From NCBI GenBank assembly GCA_050290185.1, contig JBNKHE010000002.1, positions 1-64,000 on the forward strand: 64,000 nt of DNA. Direction: 5' to 3'. Shown in pieces: positions 37,685 to 47,516 of the stretch; the stretch's first letter is position 1, and every line of letters begins with the position of its first letter. Under the pieces are notes generated by a model. That model searched no databases, was not told the DNA's origin, and was given only the letters and a program-made list of their open reading frames with translations. The stretch is from Pontiella sp. Lineage in GTDB: Bacteria; Verrucomicrobiota; Kiritimatiellia; Kiritimatiellales; Pontiellaceae. The translations under genes and the position numbers were made by a program.

Positions 37685-38263
37685 TCAAACCAAATCGCAC
37701 GCATCCGGCGGCATCCAATGCGCATCTTTCCCCTCCCACTTCACATTGCACCCGATGGGATTGGTTGCCGGAACAGAAATGGGGTTCCCCGCCAGATGGG
37801 CCTCCAGCGCATCCGCCAGTTCATGGGTAGTAGATTCTTCCCAGTTGCGGGGCGTATCAATCGCCCGTCCGGTATAGATCAGCTTCCGGTTTTCATCAAA
37901 AACATAGAAATGCGGGGTGCGCAGTGCGCCATAGGCCAGTGCCACTTCCTGCGACTCATCGTACAGGTAGATCCACGGGAACTTGTGCTCAGCCATCCGA
38001 GACACCATGTGCTCGAAGCTATCTTCCGCATAGGTGTTCTTGCTGTTCGCGTTGATGGCCACGAAGCGTACCCCCTGACCGGTAAACTTTTCTGCAATAG
38101 CCCGCGTATTTTCATCTGATCCGATCACATACGGGCAATGGTTGCAGGTAAAGAAAATCACCAGTACCTGATCCTTGAAATCACCTAGGGAATAGCTCTT
38201 CCCGTCGGTGGCTGGCAGGTTGAATGATGGGGCCGAATCTCCGATATCCAGTGTAAAAGACAT
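37685..38263 (-). CDS. Thioredoxin-fold/AhpC-TSA family protein
   Basis: [22 protein letters not shown] and IGCNVKW; GGAGG RBS before ATG 38263. Confidence 0.9.
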   Translation of the reverse strand: MSFTLDIGDSAPSFNLPATDGKSYSLGDFKDQVLVIFFTCNHCPYVIGSDENTRAIAEKFTGQGVRFVAINANSKNTYAEDSFEHMVSRMAEHKFPWIYLYDESQEVALAYGALRTPHFYVFDENRKLIYTGRAIDTPRNWEESTTHELADALEAHLAGNPISVPATNPIGCNVKWEGKDAHWMPPDACDLV

Positions 38264-38423
38264 ATTTAACCTCCGTTTAATCCTTTCTTTTTCGCGCGTT
38301 ATCATTCCTTCGGCAATGTATTTCTTTAGATAATACCCGTATTAAGGAGTAGGAATCGCTTGCCTTTAATAAGGATTATCATCTACTTAGGATGTAACCT
38401 AAACCGTTTAAGGAGGTTTACTC

Positions 38424-38741
38424 ATGTTACTGTCCAATGTTGAGCAAGTTCCCGGCAAGCAGATCGTCGAACACTATGGCCTGGTTTCGGGCAGTACGGT
38501 TCGTGCCAAGAATGTGGGCCGTGATTTCGCAGCCAGTCTCAAAAACATCGTTGGGGGCGAATTGAAAGGATATACCGAATTGCTTATGCAATCACGGGAA
38601 CAGGCCGTCGAACGCATGATTGCGCAAGCGACCGAACTGGGAGCAAACGCCATTGTAAATGTTCGCTTCAGTACATCATCGATTACGCAGGGGGCTTCCG
38701 AGCTGTTTGCCTACGGCACAGCGGTGAGAGTGGAGGGCTAG
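38424..38741 (+). CDS. YbjQ/UPF0145 family protein
   Basis: GRDFAASLKNIVGGELKGY...GANAIVNVRF...AYGTAV. Confidence 0.92.
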   Translation: MLLSNVEQVPGKQIVEHYGLVSGSTVRAKNVGRDFAASLKNIVGGELKGYTELLMQSREQAVERMIAQATELGANAIVNVRFSTSSITQGASELFAYGTAVRVEG

Positions 38742-38748
38742 AATCCCT

Positions 38749-39225
38749 ATGACTGCCGCACTCATACAACTGTTGCTTCCGTGGTTTCTGATCCTGCTCG
38801 CCTTGCTTACCGGAACGGCTCTGGAAAAAGCTCACTTCAAGCGCATCCATCTGCGCGAGGCACGATTTGCCAACCTTCCCGCGCTCAACACCAAGCAGAT
38901 CCCCGAGGATTCCGACATCGTGGAATCCAGACTTGTTTTGGGCGATGTGGTGGTTTCGATCGACTATTTCAAGCGCTTCCTCGCCTCGCTGCGCAATATA
39001 TTCGGAGGAGAGGTTAAATCCTTCGGGAGCCTGCTGGACCGAGGAAGAAGGGAAGCCATCCTGCGTATGAAAGAGCAATGTCCCGATGCAGATTTGATCA
39101 TCAACCTGAGAGTCGAAACCAGTAGCGTCTCGAAGGGGGCCAAAAAACAACTTGGAAGCGTGGAGGTACTGGCCTACGGCACCGCCATTCGCTTTGCAAC
39201 AGGATCCGGAGTTGAAAATAGTTAA
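38749..39225 (+). CDS. YbjQ family protein with an N-terminal TM helix
   Basis: LRNIFGGEVKSF...RREAILRM...AYGTAI. Confidence 0.88.
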   Translation: MTAALIQLLLPWFLILLALLTGTALEKAHFKRIHLREARFANLPALNTKQIPEDSDIVESRLVLGDVVVSIDYFKRFLASLRNIFGGEVKSFGSLLDRGRREAILRMKEQCPDADLIINLRVETSSVSKGAKKQLGSVEVLAYGTAIRFATGSGVENS

Positions 39226-40003
39226 CCGGCAGCCGGTCGAGACCGCGGATGCGAGCAGCAACCGGGGGCAGACATGGAATGAGTTCCACCGGCTTGCCCT
39301 TTATGCGGCACTTCTTGTGGTTGCCGTCTTCTTTTCCATCGGTTGGATCGTCGACCTGATCGTTCCCTTCATTCCGCCAGAACGGGAGGCCGCCCTTTTC
39401 GCATCATGGCAGCCCGGAGGAAAGGTTGATTCCGAGGACGAATCCCGGCTTCAGCCCGTCCAAACCATCCTCGACCAGTTCGTCCTCGACCCCGACGTAC
39501 CACGGCTTCCGTACCGACTGATCCTTATTGAAAATCCTGACCCCAACGCATTTGCATTTCCAGGCGGAACCATTGGCGTGACATCAGGGTTGCTGGATTC
39601 CATCGACAATCCGGCGGCGCTGGGATTTGTTCTCGGTCATGAGCTTGGCCATTTCAAGCATCGTGATCATTTGCGCGGCCTCGGGCGCGCCATCGGCGGC
39701 GGGATCGTCTTTGCCATTCTATTTGGCGGGGATATGGGCAATTCACAATTTTCCGATACCTTCACCTATGTGTTGGGGCGTTCCTACTCCCGATCCCAGG
39801 AAGAGGCCGCCGACCGGTTCGGCATCGATCTGCTATACCGCACCGATGGCGAAACCGAGGGTTGCGATCAGCTGTTCAGGATTCTGAAAGAGGGCGGAAA
39901 AATTCCGGACTGGGCCTTCATGCTCTCCACGCACCCATCGCCGGAAAACCGCATTGAGAAGCTCCGGCAGGAAACGGCGCGCCTGCGCGAAGACCGACCC
40001 TGA
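39212..40003 (+). CDS. M48 family zinc metallopeptidase
   Basis: NAFAFPGG, HELGH, YSR.QE..AD and STHP. Probable TTG start at 39212. Confidence 0.9.
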   Translation: MKIVNRQPVETADASSNRGQTWNEFHRLALYAALLVVAVFFSIGWIVDLIVPFIPPEREAALFASWQPGGKVDSEDESRLQPVQTILDQFVLDPDVPRLPYRLILIENPDPNAFAFPGGTIGVTSGLLDSIDNPAALGFVLGHELGHFKHRDHLRGLGRAIGGGIVFAILFGGDMGNSQFSDTFTYVLGRSYSRSQEEAADRFGIDLLYRTDGETEGCDQLFRILKEGGKIPDWAFMLSTHPSPENRIEKLRQETARLREDRP

Positions 40004-40044
40004 ATTCACTTTTCAATGCAGGACAAAACCTTCACCCTGCCAAC

Positions 40045-41220
40045 ATGAAAGCAATCCTGATTGTCCTGGACTCCGTAGGTATCGGTGAAGCACCGGACGC
40101 CGCCGACTATGGCGACACCGGTAGTGCGACCCTCCCGCATATCGCCGGCACAACCGGAGGCCTTGAACTTCCAACCCTGCAGTCTCTGGGTCTCGGAAAC
40201 ATCCCCCCCTTGCTGTCGCACGGGCTGCCGATCGAAGGATGCCCCGCTGTCGAAAAGCCGTTGGCCTCGTTCGGCGCGATGCGCGAGGTCTCAGAAGGCA
40301 AGGACACCATCACCGGCCATTGGGAGATCGCCGGGCTCGAAATCCACCCCGGCTTCCACAACTTTCCGTTGGAATACCCCTCATTCCCGAAAGCCCTCAC
40401 CGACGCCTTTGAAAAGAAGACGGGCCGCCCCGTTATCGGCAACAAGGCCGCCAGCGGCATTGCCATTATTGAGGAACTCGGCGAAGAGCACATGCGTACC
40501 GGCGCATGGATCGCCTATACCAGCGCTGACTCGGTTTTGCAGCTTGCCGCCCACAACGACATCATCCCGCTCGACGAACTCTATAAGGGATGCGAAATCG
40601 CCCGCCGCTTATGCGATCCGCTCAAGGTCGGCCGCGTCATCGCCCGCCCGTTCATCGGCAAGCCCGGCGCCTTCGAACGCACAGAAGACCGCCGCGACTA
40701 TGCCTACACCCCCGAAGAACCGCTGATCACCGAACGCCTCTGCGACGCCGGAATCCCCGTCTTTGGCGTTGGAAAAATCGAGGACATCGTCGCGCACCGC
40801 GGCATTACCGAAAGCATTCATTCCGGCAGCACCGCAGAGTCGCAAAAAGTCGTCGAACACTTCATGCAACAGGAGGGCGACGGCGTTATCTTTGCCAACT
40901 TCATTGACTTCGACATGCTCTACGGCCACCGCCGCGATCCTGTCGGCTATGCCAATGCTTTGCATCAAACCGACGAATGGCTTAGCCGCTTCATAGCAAC
41001 GATGGCGGACGACGATGTACTGATCCTGACCGCCGACCACGGCAACGATCCCACGTTCAAGGGAACTGACCACACCCGCGAATATGTCCCGCTACTCGTC
41101 TATCGGCCGAACCACCTCGGAAAGAACCTTGGCATCCGCCACGGCTTCTACGACATCGCCCAATCGCTCGCCACCTTGTTCAAGCTTCCGCCCCTTCCCC
41201 GCGGGGAATCCTTTTTTTAA
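40045..41220 (+). CDS. deoB: Phosphopentomutase
   Basis: VLDSVGIG, GKDTITGHWE, YTSADSV, GRVIARPF, YGHRRD, TADHGNDP and DHTREYVP. Confidence 0.96.
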   Translation: MKAILIVLDSVGIGEAPDAADYGDTGSATLPHIAGTTGGLELPTLQSLGLGNIPPLLSHGLPIEGCPAVEKPLASFGAMREVSEGKDTITGHWEIAGLEIHPGFHNFPLEYPSFPKALTDAFEKKTGRPVIGNKAASGIAIIEELGEEHMRTGAWIAYTSADSVLQLAAHNDIIPLDELYKGCEIARRLCDPLKVGRVIARPFIGKPGAFERTEDRRDYAYTPEEPLITERLCDAGIPVFGVGKIEDIVAHRGITESIHSGSTAESQKVVEHFMQQEGDGVIFANFIDFDMLYGHRRDPVGYANALHQTDEWLSRFIATMADDDVLILTADHGNDPTFKGTDHTREYVPLLVYRPNHLGKNLGIRHGFYDIAQSLATLFKLPPLPRGESFF

Positions 41221-41233
41221 CCACCCCATCAAG

Positions 41234-41707
41234 ATGAGTTATTCCGAAACATTCCTACGCGAAGCGATCCGGCTGTCCGGCGAGAAAATGCAAGCCGGCG
41301 AAGGCGGCCCATTTGGAGCCGTGATCGTAAAGAACGGCGAAATCGTCGGTCGTGGCTGGAACCGTGTAACCTCCGCCAACGACCCCACAGCCCACGCCGA
41401 AGTTGAAGCTATTCGCGATGCCTGCTCAAACCTCGACACCTTTTCTCTTGCTGGATGCGAAATCTATGCCAGCTGCGAACCCTGCCCCATGTGTCTGTCG
41501 GCCATCTACTGGGCGCGGCTCGACGCCCTTTATTATGCTGCCACGCGCCACGATGCCGCCGCAGCCGGCTTTGACGACACCTTGATCTATGAGGAAATTT
41601 CCAAACCCATGCCGGCCCAAGCACTGTCCACGGGAAACCACTTGCGCAATGAGGCGCAAATGATATTGAATGTTTGGCAGGACTTGGAAGGCAAAACACC
41701 GTATTAG
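41234..41707 (+). CDS. Guanine/nucleoside deaminase (cytidine deaminase superfamily, GuaD-like)
   Basis: GGPFGAVIV, NDPTAHAE and SCEPCPMCLSAIYWAR. Confidence 0.9.
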   Translation: MSYSETFLREAIRLSGEKMQAGEGGPFGAVIVKNGEIVGRGWNRVTSANDPTAHAEVEAIRDACSNLDTFSLAGCEIYASCEPCPMCLSAIYWARLDALYYAATRHDAAAAGFDDTLIYEEISKPMPAQALSTGNHLRNEAQMILNVWQDLEGKTPY

Positions 41708-41724
41708 AAAGAAAGGATTGCACG

Positions 41725-42168
41725 ATGACAAACAGACGCACCATGATGGCTACGCTCGCCGCCGGAACAACGTCGTTGCTTAGCGGCTGCGGAACGATAC
41801 TCTACCCCGACCGCGCCTATCAAAAGAGTCGCGGGAGCCTGGATCCGGCCGTTGTCATTCTGGATGGCATAGGCCTGTTCTTCTTTGTCATTCCCGGACT
41901 CGTCGCCTTTGCCGTGGACTTCACCACCGGAGCCATCTATTTCCCGGCCGGCCATGAACCCGGCGACCGCGAACGCACGATTTTCGACCCCTATAATTCG
42001 GAAGTGAAACTGGATCAAAAGGAAATCGAGCGTGTCGTGAAACTCAAGACAGGCACAGCCATCGACCTCGCCAACGACGACGTACGGGTAGCCGAGATAA
42101 AGAGCCTGAATGAATTCTGGCTGGCACACGCACAACTGTCGTCAGGTGAAATGATTGCATCCCGCTGA
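41725..42168 (+). CDS. Conserved hypothetical lipoprotein/membrane protein
   Basis: AAGGA RBS, NRR..., lipobox LSGC and GTILYP.R...LDGIGLFFFVIPG..AFAVDF.TGAIY. Confidence 0.75.
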   Translation: MTNRRTMMATLAAGTTSLLSGCGTILYPDRAYQKSRGSLDPAVVILDGIGLFFFVIPGLVAFAVDFTTGAIYFPAGHEPGDRERTIFDPYNSEVKLDQKEIERVVKLKTGTAIDLANDDVRVAEIKSLNEFWLAHAQLSSGEMIASR

Positions 42169-43101
42169 TTAATCCCGGCAACAATAATAGGTTTCCACGC
42201 CGGTTTTTTCAGTATGCAGCAACCCGGTAGCCACCATTTGCCGGAGCATTTGGTTCACCTCATCTTCCGGCATGTTGAATTCATCGGCCAGTTGCTTGCA
42301 GGTGGCGGGATGGCGCTGGACGAGTCCCAGCAATGCCTGCTCGCTTGGCTCCATCGAGGCAAACCCCTGCTTTTTGAAGGAGGCGGTAATCGATGCCTTT
42401 TCCCCGAACAATTCCACCAAGGCCGCCAAGCGTTTTTCGGGAGGTGCCGAGATTCCTGCAACAGCTGGCGGGCGTATCACGGTATTGATGTCGATGTGGT
42501 CGGGGTTGATGGAACGAACCACCTCCGCAATCCGGCGGCATTGATCCGCATGCGAGTTCATCCCCTCAACGATGAAGACCTCCACCGAAAGTTCGCCTTC
42601 GTACACGTCCCTGAATATGCGTTCGCCTTTCACCAGTAGATCAAAGGTTATCCCTTGTGCCGGCCGGTGAATCTGTTGAAAACTGGCTTCGTCCCAGGCG
42701 CTCAGCGTCACCTTTACCTTGTTGGCCAGGGAAGCCTCCTCGCGCACTTCCGGATAATGGAGCAGCGTCCCATTGGTGAGCAGGACCGACGGGATGGATG
42801 TATGGTCTTTCACCCAGCGGAACACATCGCCGAAATGGACATGCAGAGTCGGCTCGCCGGAGCCGGCCAGGGTGATGTGGTCGGCCAGTCCATCGGTCTG
42901 CTTCCAGTGCTCGAGTTCGGACAGCACATCCTGCATGGGCACGTAATCACCCCGTTCGCTCAGCTCGCAGGGCGTTTCACCCAGCTGGCAGTAGACGCAA
43001 TTCATCGTGCACGTCTTGAATGGAATCAGATCGACGCCGAGAGAGCGGCCCAGCCGGCGCGAAGGCACAGGCCCAAACAGGTATTGGTAGGTTTTCGACA
43101 T
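42169..43101 (-). CDS. Radical SAM Fe-S oxidoreductase (COG0731-like)
   Basis: FGPVPSRRLGRSLGVD, CTMNCVYC, GSGEPTL and LTNGTL. Confidence 0.9.
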   Translation of the reverse strand: MSKTYQYLFGPVPSRRLGRSLGVDLIPFKTCTMNCVYCQLGETPCELSERGDYVPMQDVLSELEHWKQTDGLADHITLAGSGEPTLHVHFGDVFRWVKDHTSIPSVLLTNGTLLHYPEVREEASLANKVKVTLSAWDEASFQQIHRPAQGITFDLLVKGERIFRDVYEGELSVEVFIVEGMNSHADQCRRIAEVVRSINPDHIDINTVIRPPAVAGISAPPEKRLAALVELFGEKASITASFKKQGFASMEPSEQALLGLVQRHPATCKQLADEFNMPEDEVNQMLRQMVATGLLHTEKTGVETYYCCRD

Positions 43102-43160
43102 GACCTAAGAGTGTGCATTTTCACTTGGCGGTTCAAGCCTGCAACACACATACTCCATGT

Positions 43161-44561
43161 ATGAAAACGATTGGCATCATGATCATGATTGTATGCGTAT
43201 CCACGGTTTCATTTGGACAAAAGGCCGGCCAGCTTTATCAGCAACGCTGTGCCGATTGCCATGGCGTACGCTTTCAGGGCGGCAATGCACAAAGCCTCGT
43301 CGACGGTATCTGGCAGTTTGGTGGCGATGAGGCAACCATTGCCGAAAACATCCGGAGCGGGATCGAGCATCTCGGCATGCCGGACTATGGCGATGAATTG
43401 TCCGACGACGAGATCAACGCCCTCGTTCGTTTCTTGCTGGATTCGGAAAAGAAAGCCATCGAACAGCGCGAGCGGATTCCCGACACCCTTAAGACGCTTG
43501 ATTATACCATTGATGTGGATCTGTACGCCGAAGGCCTTGAAGTCCCATGGAGCCTGGCGTTCCTTGATGAAAAAACCGCTCTTGTCACGGAACGTCCCGG
43601 GCGCTTGCGGATCATTGAAAACGGCCGGCTCGATCCAAGGCCGGTGGCCGGAACACCCAAGGTGCTTGCCGAGGGACAAGGCGGATTGCTCGCGGTCGCT
43701 TTCGATCCCGATTACAAGCAAGAGGGCAACCAATGGATCTACCTCGCCTACAGCCATGGACTGGACCCCGAACCAAACGGGAAACGCGCTGGCGCCATGA
43801 CCAAAATCGTGCGCGGCCGGATCAACGGAGGATCGTGGACCGACGAGCAGGTACTCTTCGAAGCGCCGCATGAATCCTATCGCACCACCCGCCATCACTA
43901 CGGCACCCGCATCGTGTTCGACAACGAAAAGAATCTCTACTTCGCCATCGGCGAGCGCGGGCATGGCCGCGACGCACAGGACTTGTCCAAACCCAACGGC
44001 AAGATCCATCGCATCCACCGCGATGGCAGCATCCCAAAGGACAACCCGTTCCGCCTGAAGAAGGATGTAATGGATTCCATCTGGTCCTACGGTCACCGCA
44101 ACCCGCAGGGACTGGCCTACAACCCTGCAACGGATCAGCTATGGGAATCCGAGCACGGCCCCAAGGGCGGCGATGAAATCAATCTGATCCTCCCTGCAAA
44201 AAACTATGGCTGGCCCGTCATCACCTACGGCATCAACTACAACGACACCATCATTACGGACATCGTTCGCAAGGAAGGAATGGAGCAACCCGCCTTCTAC
44301 TGGCGCCCCTCCACCGCCACCTGCGGCCTGACATTCTACCACGGCGACCTCTTTCCGAAATGGAACAACAAGCTGCTTGCCGGCGCATTAAAGTTTGAAG
44401 ATGTCCGCTTGCTAGACATCGAAAATGACCGCGTCATGCACGAAGAGATTATTCTCAAGGGTTCCGGCCGTGTACGCGACGTCGTTTGCGGTCCCGACGG
44501 CGCCATCTACGTGATCCTCAATGATCCCGGGACCATCCTGCGCCTCACCCCAAAGCGGTAG
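43161..44561 (+). CDS. PQQ-dependent sugar dehydrogenase (GSDH beta-propeller) with an N-terminal cytochrome c domain
   Basis: Signal peptide, CADCH heme motif, GQGGLL, GHRNPQG, EHGPKGGDEIN and NYGWP. Confidence 0.9.
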   Translation: MKTIGIMIMIVCVSTVSFGQKAGQLYQQRCADCHGVRFQGGNAQSLVDGIWQFGGDEATIAENIRSGIEHLGMPDYGDELSDDEINALVRFLLDSEKKAIEQRERIPDTLKTLDYTIDVDLYAEGLEVPWSLAFLDEKTALVTERPGRLRIIENGRLDPRPVAGTPKVLAEGQGGLLAVAFDPDYKQEGNQWIYLAYSHGLDPEPNGKRAGAMTKIVRGRINGGSWTDEQVLFEAPHESYRTTRHHYGTRIVFDNEKNLYFAIGERGHGRDAQDLSKPNGKIHRIHRDGSIPKDNPFRLKKDVMDSIWSYGHRNPQGLAYNPATDQLWESEHGPKGGDEINLILPAKNYGWPVITYGINYNDTIITDIVRKEGMEQPAFYWRPSTATCGLTFYHGDLFPKWNNKLLAGALKFEDVRLLDIENDRVMHEEIILKGSGRVRDVVCGPDGAIYVILNDPGTILRLTPKR

Positions 44562-44582
44562 GGCGGTTTCGATGAAACCGCC
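44558..44582 (+). repeat. GTAG-type REP-like palindrome
   Basis: GTAG-GGCGGTTTC-gat-GAAACCGCC overlapping the stop codon of the upstream gene. Confidence 0.55.
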
Positions 44583-44615
44583 GTGATTGCGGACGGGGGT
44601 TTGTGCAAAATGGAT

Positions 44616-45230
44616 TTAACGCCGTTTACCGGCCATCACCAATCCAACGATACCCAGAAGAAGGGCGACGCCACCGGAAATCAAAACGCTTTTGCTGGGA
44701 ATCAGGACATTTCTTCGCAAGGCCACATCCAAGTTGGCGACAGCCAGGTCACCATCATCCCCTCTCCTAACAGACAGGGTGTATGGACCGGCTTCCTCCA
44801 CTGAGAAGGTATTGATGGGAATAGTCACCTTGGGCAGCGTGACTCCGATTTTAAGGGGCTTCTCATCCTTCTTATCGTTCTTGGGTGACACGGAAAAGGT
44901 CTTTGACCACACCGTCGCATTTTCTTTGGCGAGTTCGGTGCGGTACGTCGCCCGCTTCCTCCTTGCAGAGGCTGGCTTCATGTACCGCACAACGGCATTC
45001 ACGGAGATGGGATTCATTTCAGGAGTCAGCTCAAATTCAACAGGCGTATTCCACTGGGCATTGTCACCCGAGCTTTGAAAGGTTACCCCGCCGGCACTGA
45101 AGGAACTCACATCCTGGCTGAACATAGTAACCCGCTGCAGCGACGCGCCGCTAAACGACGTGCAATAGAAAAAATAGCCGGGGCATAGTATCAGCCCTGC
45201 AAGCAACAAAATGGATGAAATCGTTTTCAT
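44616..45230 (-). CDS. Hypothetical membrane protein with N- and C-terminal TM helices
   Basis: 204-aa ORF with hydrophobic ends and a beta-rich middle. Confidence 0.7.
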   Translation of the reverse strand: MKTISSILLLAGLILCPGYFFYCTSFSGASLQRVTMFSQDVSSFSAGGVTFQSSGDNAQWNTPVEFELTPEMNPISVNAVVRYMKPASARRKRATYRTELAKENATVWSKTFSVSPKNDKKDEKPLKIGVTLPKVTIPINTFSVEEAGPYTLSVRRGDDGDLAVANLDVALRRNVLIPSKSVLISGGVALLLGIVGLVMAGKRR

Positions 45231-45393
45231 GGCATTCTTCTTTCATTTTGCCCGACGAATAGGCTTTTGAGTGGATTTCTTCGTATCCTGCTTAAGGGAG
45301 GAAGGGATTTCAAGGGAAGGATAGAACCAATGTGCATGCTCAACGGTTTCTGTATATAGATCTGCCGGCTACACGGCTCCCCGTTCCCAGCCG

Positions 45394-46083
45394 TCAATTC
45401 CGTTCGTACCATTCCAACGGGCCGGGCAGGTCACGGTTCGTATATTCGATGTGGATCACCCGGCGGTGCATGGGCTTGACCGCCCGTTTCGACGAATGAA
45501 GCAGCAAGGGCCGCATCAGCACGACATCACCAGCCTGCACGCAACAGGTCTCGACCTTTCCACGACCCACGTGATCGTGAATATCCTTTTCCGGAATCCG
45601 TCCACAAGCATGGCTTCCCGGCACGACCAACAGCGCTCCGTTGGCTTCATCGGCATCATCCAGATGAATGCGCAGGGTAATCATTCCTTCCAGCACGGAA
45701 GTCGGCGGCGACACATGCGGAATGCCTGCCTTGACGGTCCACGGCCCGAAACCTTCCACCTCGGCCTGTTCACACACCGCAATCGATAGATCCTGATGCC
45801 AGAGCACCGGCCAGTTCGCCGACTCGATCTTGTCGAAAAAAATGCCCCGAACCGGAAACCCGCCCACACCAATCGCCCCCTCGACCAGATTGAGCAATCG
45901 TGTAGCGCGAGCCAACGCACCGATCTCCAGAATTTGCCTAAGCAGATCGCGACGCCCCGAAGAACCTCGCTCTGCCACGTACGAATCGAGCAGCGATCGA
46001 TAACGGCCAATGTCTTCATCGCTCAGCACAGACCGGCAAATGCCATAGCCAGACGCTTCAAGCGAACCGATCTTATCTGTCAT
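45394..46083 (-). CDS. Phytanoyl-CoA dioxygenase family (Fe(II)/2-oxoglutarate) protein
   Basis: WHQD, RIHLDD....NGAL.VVPGSH, PLLLHSS and RRVIH.EY; ATGA overlap with the DUF504 gene. Confidence 0.88.
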   Translation of the reverse strand: MTDKIGSLEASGYGICRSVLSDEDIGRYRSLLDSYVAERGSSGRRDLLRQILEIGALARATRLLNLVEGAIGVGGFPVRGIFFDKIESANWPVLWHQDLSIAVCEQAEVEGFGPWTVKAGIPHVSPPTSVLEGMITLRIHLDDADEANGALLVVPGSHACGRIPEKDIHDHVGRGKVETCCVQAGDVVLMRPLLLHSSKRAVKPMHRRVIHIEYTNRDLPGPLEWYERN

Positions 46084-46331
46084 ACCTGCCTCCTCCAAAT
46101 CGTCTGCTCGTTCTTGCGGACTTCGCGGATGCGGTGGAACGGGATAGCGAGGACTTCACCGTCGATGGTGATGCTGAAGGAGAAGTGGTTGCCCGTTTCC
46201 ATGTGCAGTTCTTCGAGCGGATGGAACTCGACGACGTCGGCGACGCGGTCGTAGATGCCGACATCGAACGAGTCCTTTCCAAACTCATCATCCCAACGGA
46301 TGCGGCTCAACAGCTTCCGGATCGTTTCCAT
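46080..46331 (-). CDS. DUF504/MJ1316-domain protein (RNA-end recognition/repair-associated family)
   Basis: IRKLLSRIRWD...G.YDR...IPFHRIREV.......WRR. Confidence 0.82.
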   Translation of the reverse strand: METIRKLLSRIRWDDEFGKDSFDVGIYDRVADVVEFHPLEELHMETGNHFSFSITIDGEVLAIPFHRIREVRKNEQTIWRRQV

Positions 46332-46369
46332 GAAGCAGATTTAAACACCAAGTCACCAAGAACGCAAAG
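46092..46369. repeat. Direct repeat copy A (DUF504 gene plus upstream sequence); copy B at 48492-48768
   Basis: Collinear nucleotide similarity, e.g. CCTTTCCAAACTCATCATCCCA and CAGATTTAAACACCAAGTCAC occur in both copies. Confidence 0.9.
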
Positions 46370-46389
46370 TTATGCCGAGGCCGGAATGG

Positions 46390-46462
46390 GGCCACGGACT
46401 AACACACGATTCCGCTCAAACGAAAGAAATTGCCACGAAGGAATTAGCGTTCATCCGTGGCC
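46390..46462. repeat. Imperfect inverted-repeat element (GCCACGGACTAACAC...GCGTTCATCCGTGGC)
   Basis: The arms are reverse-complementary; a related arm GCGTTCATCCATGG occurs near 34560. Confidence 0.5.
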
Positions 46463-46483
46463 CCGCCCCAGTTGCGCTTCGGG

Positions 46484-46903
46484 TCAATTTAGACGGGCAA
46501 GAGTCGGTGACCAAAAGTGTGTTTCCCCATCAACGGTTTTGTAGAATCCATGGGGAATCTTTCCGAGCATTGCGCTCATCTCTTTCGTACTGATACGCTT
46601 TACTTCTACAGCGGAATCGCGGGTTGAAAAGGTGGTAAACGTACTCTCGGACACGTTTGCCGAGGCCGTGCCGAATACGACTACGTCTTCCTTCCCGTTG
46701 TTTTGGTCAGGCACGGAGGCCTGAGCCTGATGATCGGAGCCATCGTGCGATGCAGGTCGAAACCAAACAGCCAGAGTGGCCAACAACAAACAAAGAATGA
46801 AACCGGCACGTCGCTGATTCCTGCAACGCCTTTTGTGCCGGACGGCAAGAAGCGTTTGCTCCAGCACTTGTTCCGAAAAATGATCATTGTTTTTCATATG
46901 CAT
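46484..46903 (-). CDS. Putative single-TM anti-sigma factor
   Basis: Directly downstream of an ECF sigma gene; basic patch RHKRRCRNQRR followed by a TM helix. Confidence 0.6.
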   Translation of the reverse strand: MHMKNNDHFSEQVLEQTLLAVRHKRRCRNQRRAGFILCLLLATLAVWFRPASHDGSDHQAQASVPDQNNGKEDVVVFGTASANVSESTFTTFSTRDSAVEVKRISTKEMSAMLGKIPHGFYKTVDGETHFWSPTLARLN

Positions 46904-46911
46904 TTCCTCGT

Positions 46912-47496
46912 TCAGGAATCTCCCTTCATGGCATCACGCAATTTCGCACGGATCCGGGCCAGCTTGGATTCAATGGCCTTGGCGCTGGTATTGAATTGCT
47001 CCGCCAAATCCACGTAGCTGCACCGGGCATAATATTTTCCTTCGATCAGCGCGCGGTCTTCCGGCGAAAGTGATTCCATGCACCGCTCCAGCTCGCCCAA
47101 CCGTTCCATGGCGGCATCGTCGGCATGGCGGCCCAGTTCCGTCCTATGCGCCAACTGCTCCATATATCGCATGCGGCGCAAGCGTTTGCGCCCGGCATCC
47201 GCGGCTACGCATTTTGCCAGACAAGCCAGCCAGTCCCAAAAAGAGGATTCATCTTCAAAGCGGCGAATATGCCGGACCACCCGCAGCATGGTTTGCTGCA
47301 CCAGATCGGCGGCCCGATCTTCGTTTCCGCGCTGCAACACGATTTGGTAACGGAAAAGCCGGTTAAAGTAGGCGTGATGAAACGACCGCCAGGCCGCTTC
47401 ATCTCCCTTCTTCATCGACGTCGTCAAACGTGCAATGGATTCATCATCCAGTAGAGCCATCATCCCCTCGATGCAGGATCGGTATTGCTCCGGCAT
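46912..47496 (-). CDS. ECF RNA polymerase sigma-70 factor
   Basis: GDEAAW..F...YF.RL, AADLVQQT, FWDWL and SY.DLA.......KAIESKLARIR.KLR. Confidence 0.88.
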   Translation of the reverse strand: MPEQYRSCIEGMMALLDDESIARLTTSMKKGDEAAWRSFHHAYFNRLFRYQIVLQRGNEDRAADLVQQTMLRVVRHIRRFEDESSFWDWLACLAKCVAADAGRKRLRRMRYMEQLAHRTELGRHADDAAMERLGELERCMESLSPEDRALIEGKYYARCSYVDLAEQFNTSAKAIESKLARIRAKLRDAMKGDS

Positions 47497-47516
47497 TTAT
47501 TGCAAATCGATCGTTT

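Noticed and set aside
42169..43101. Radical SAM gene as a TYW1 wyosine synthase
   Set aside because: Only generic COG0731 motifs are seen; bacterial members are common and wyosine synthesis is not supported.
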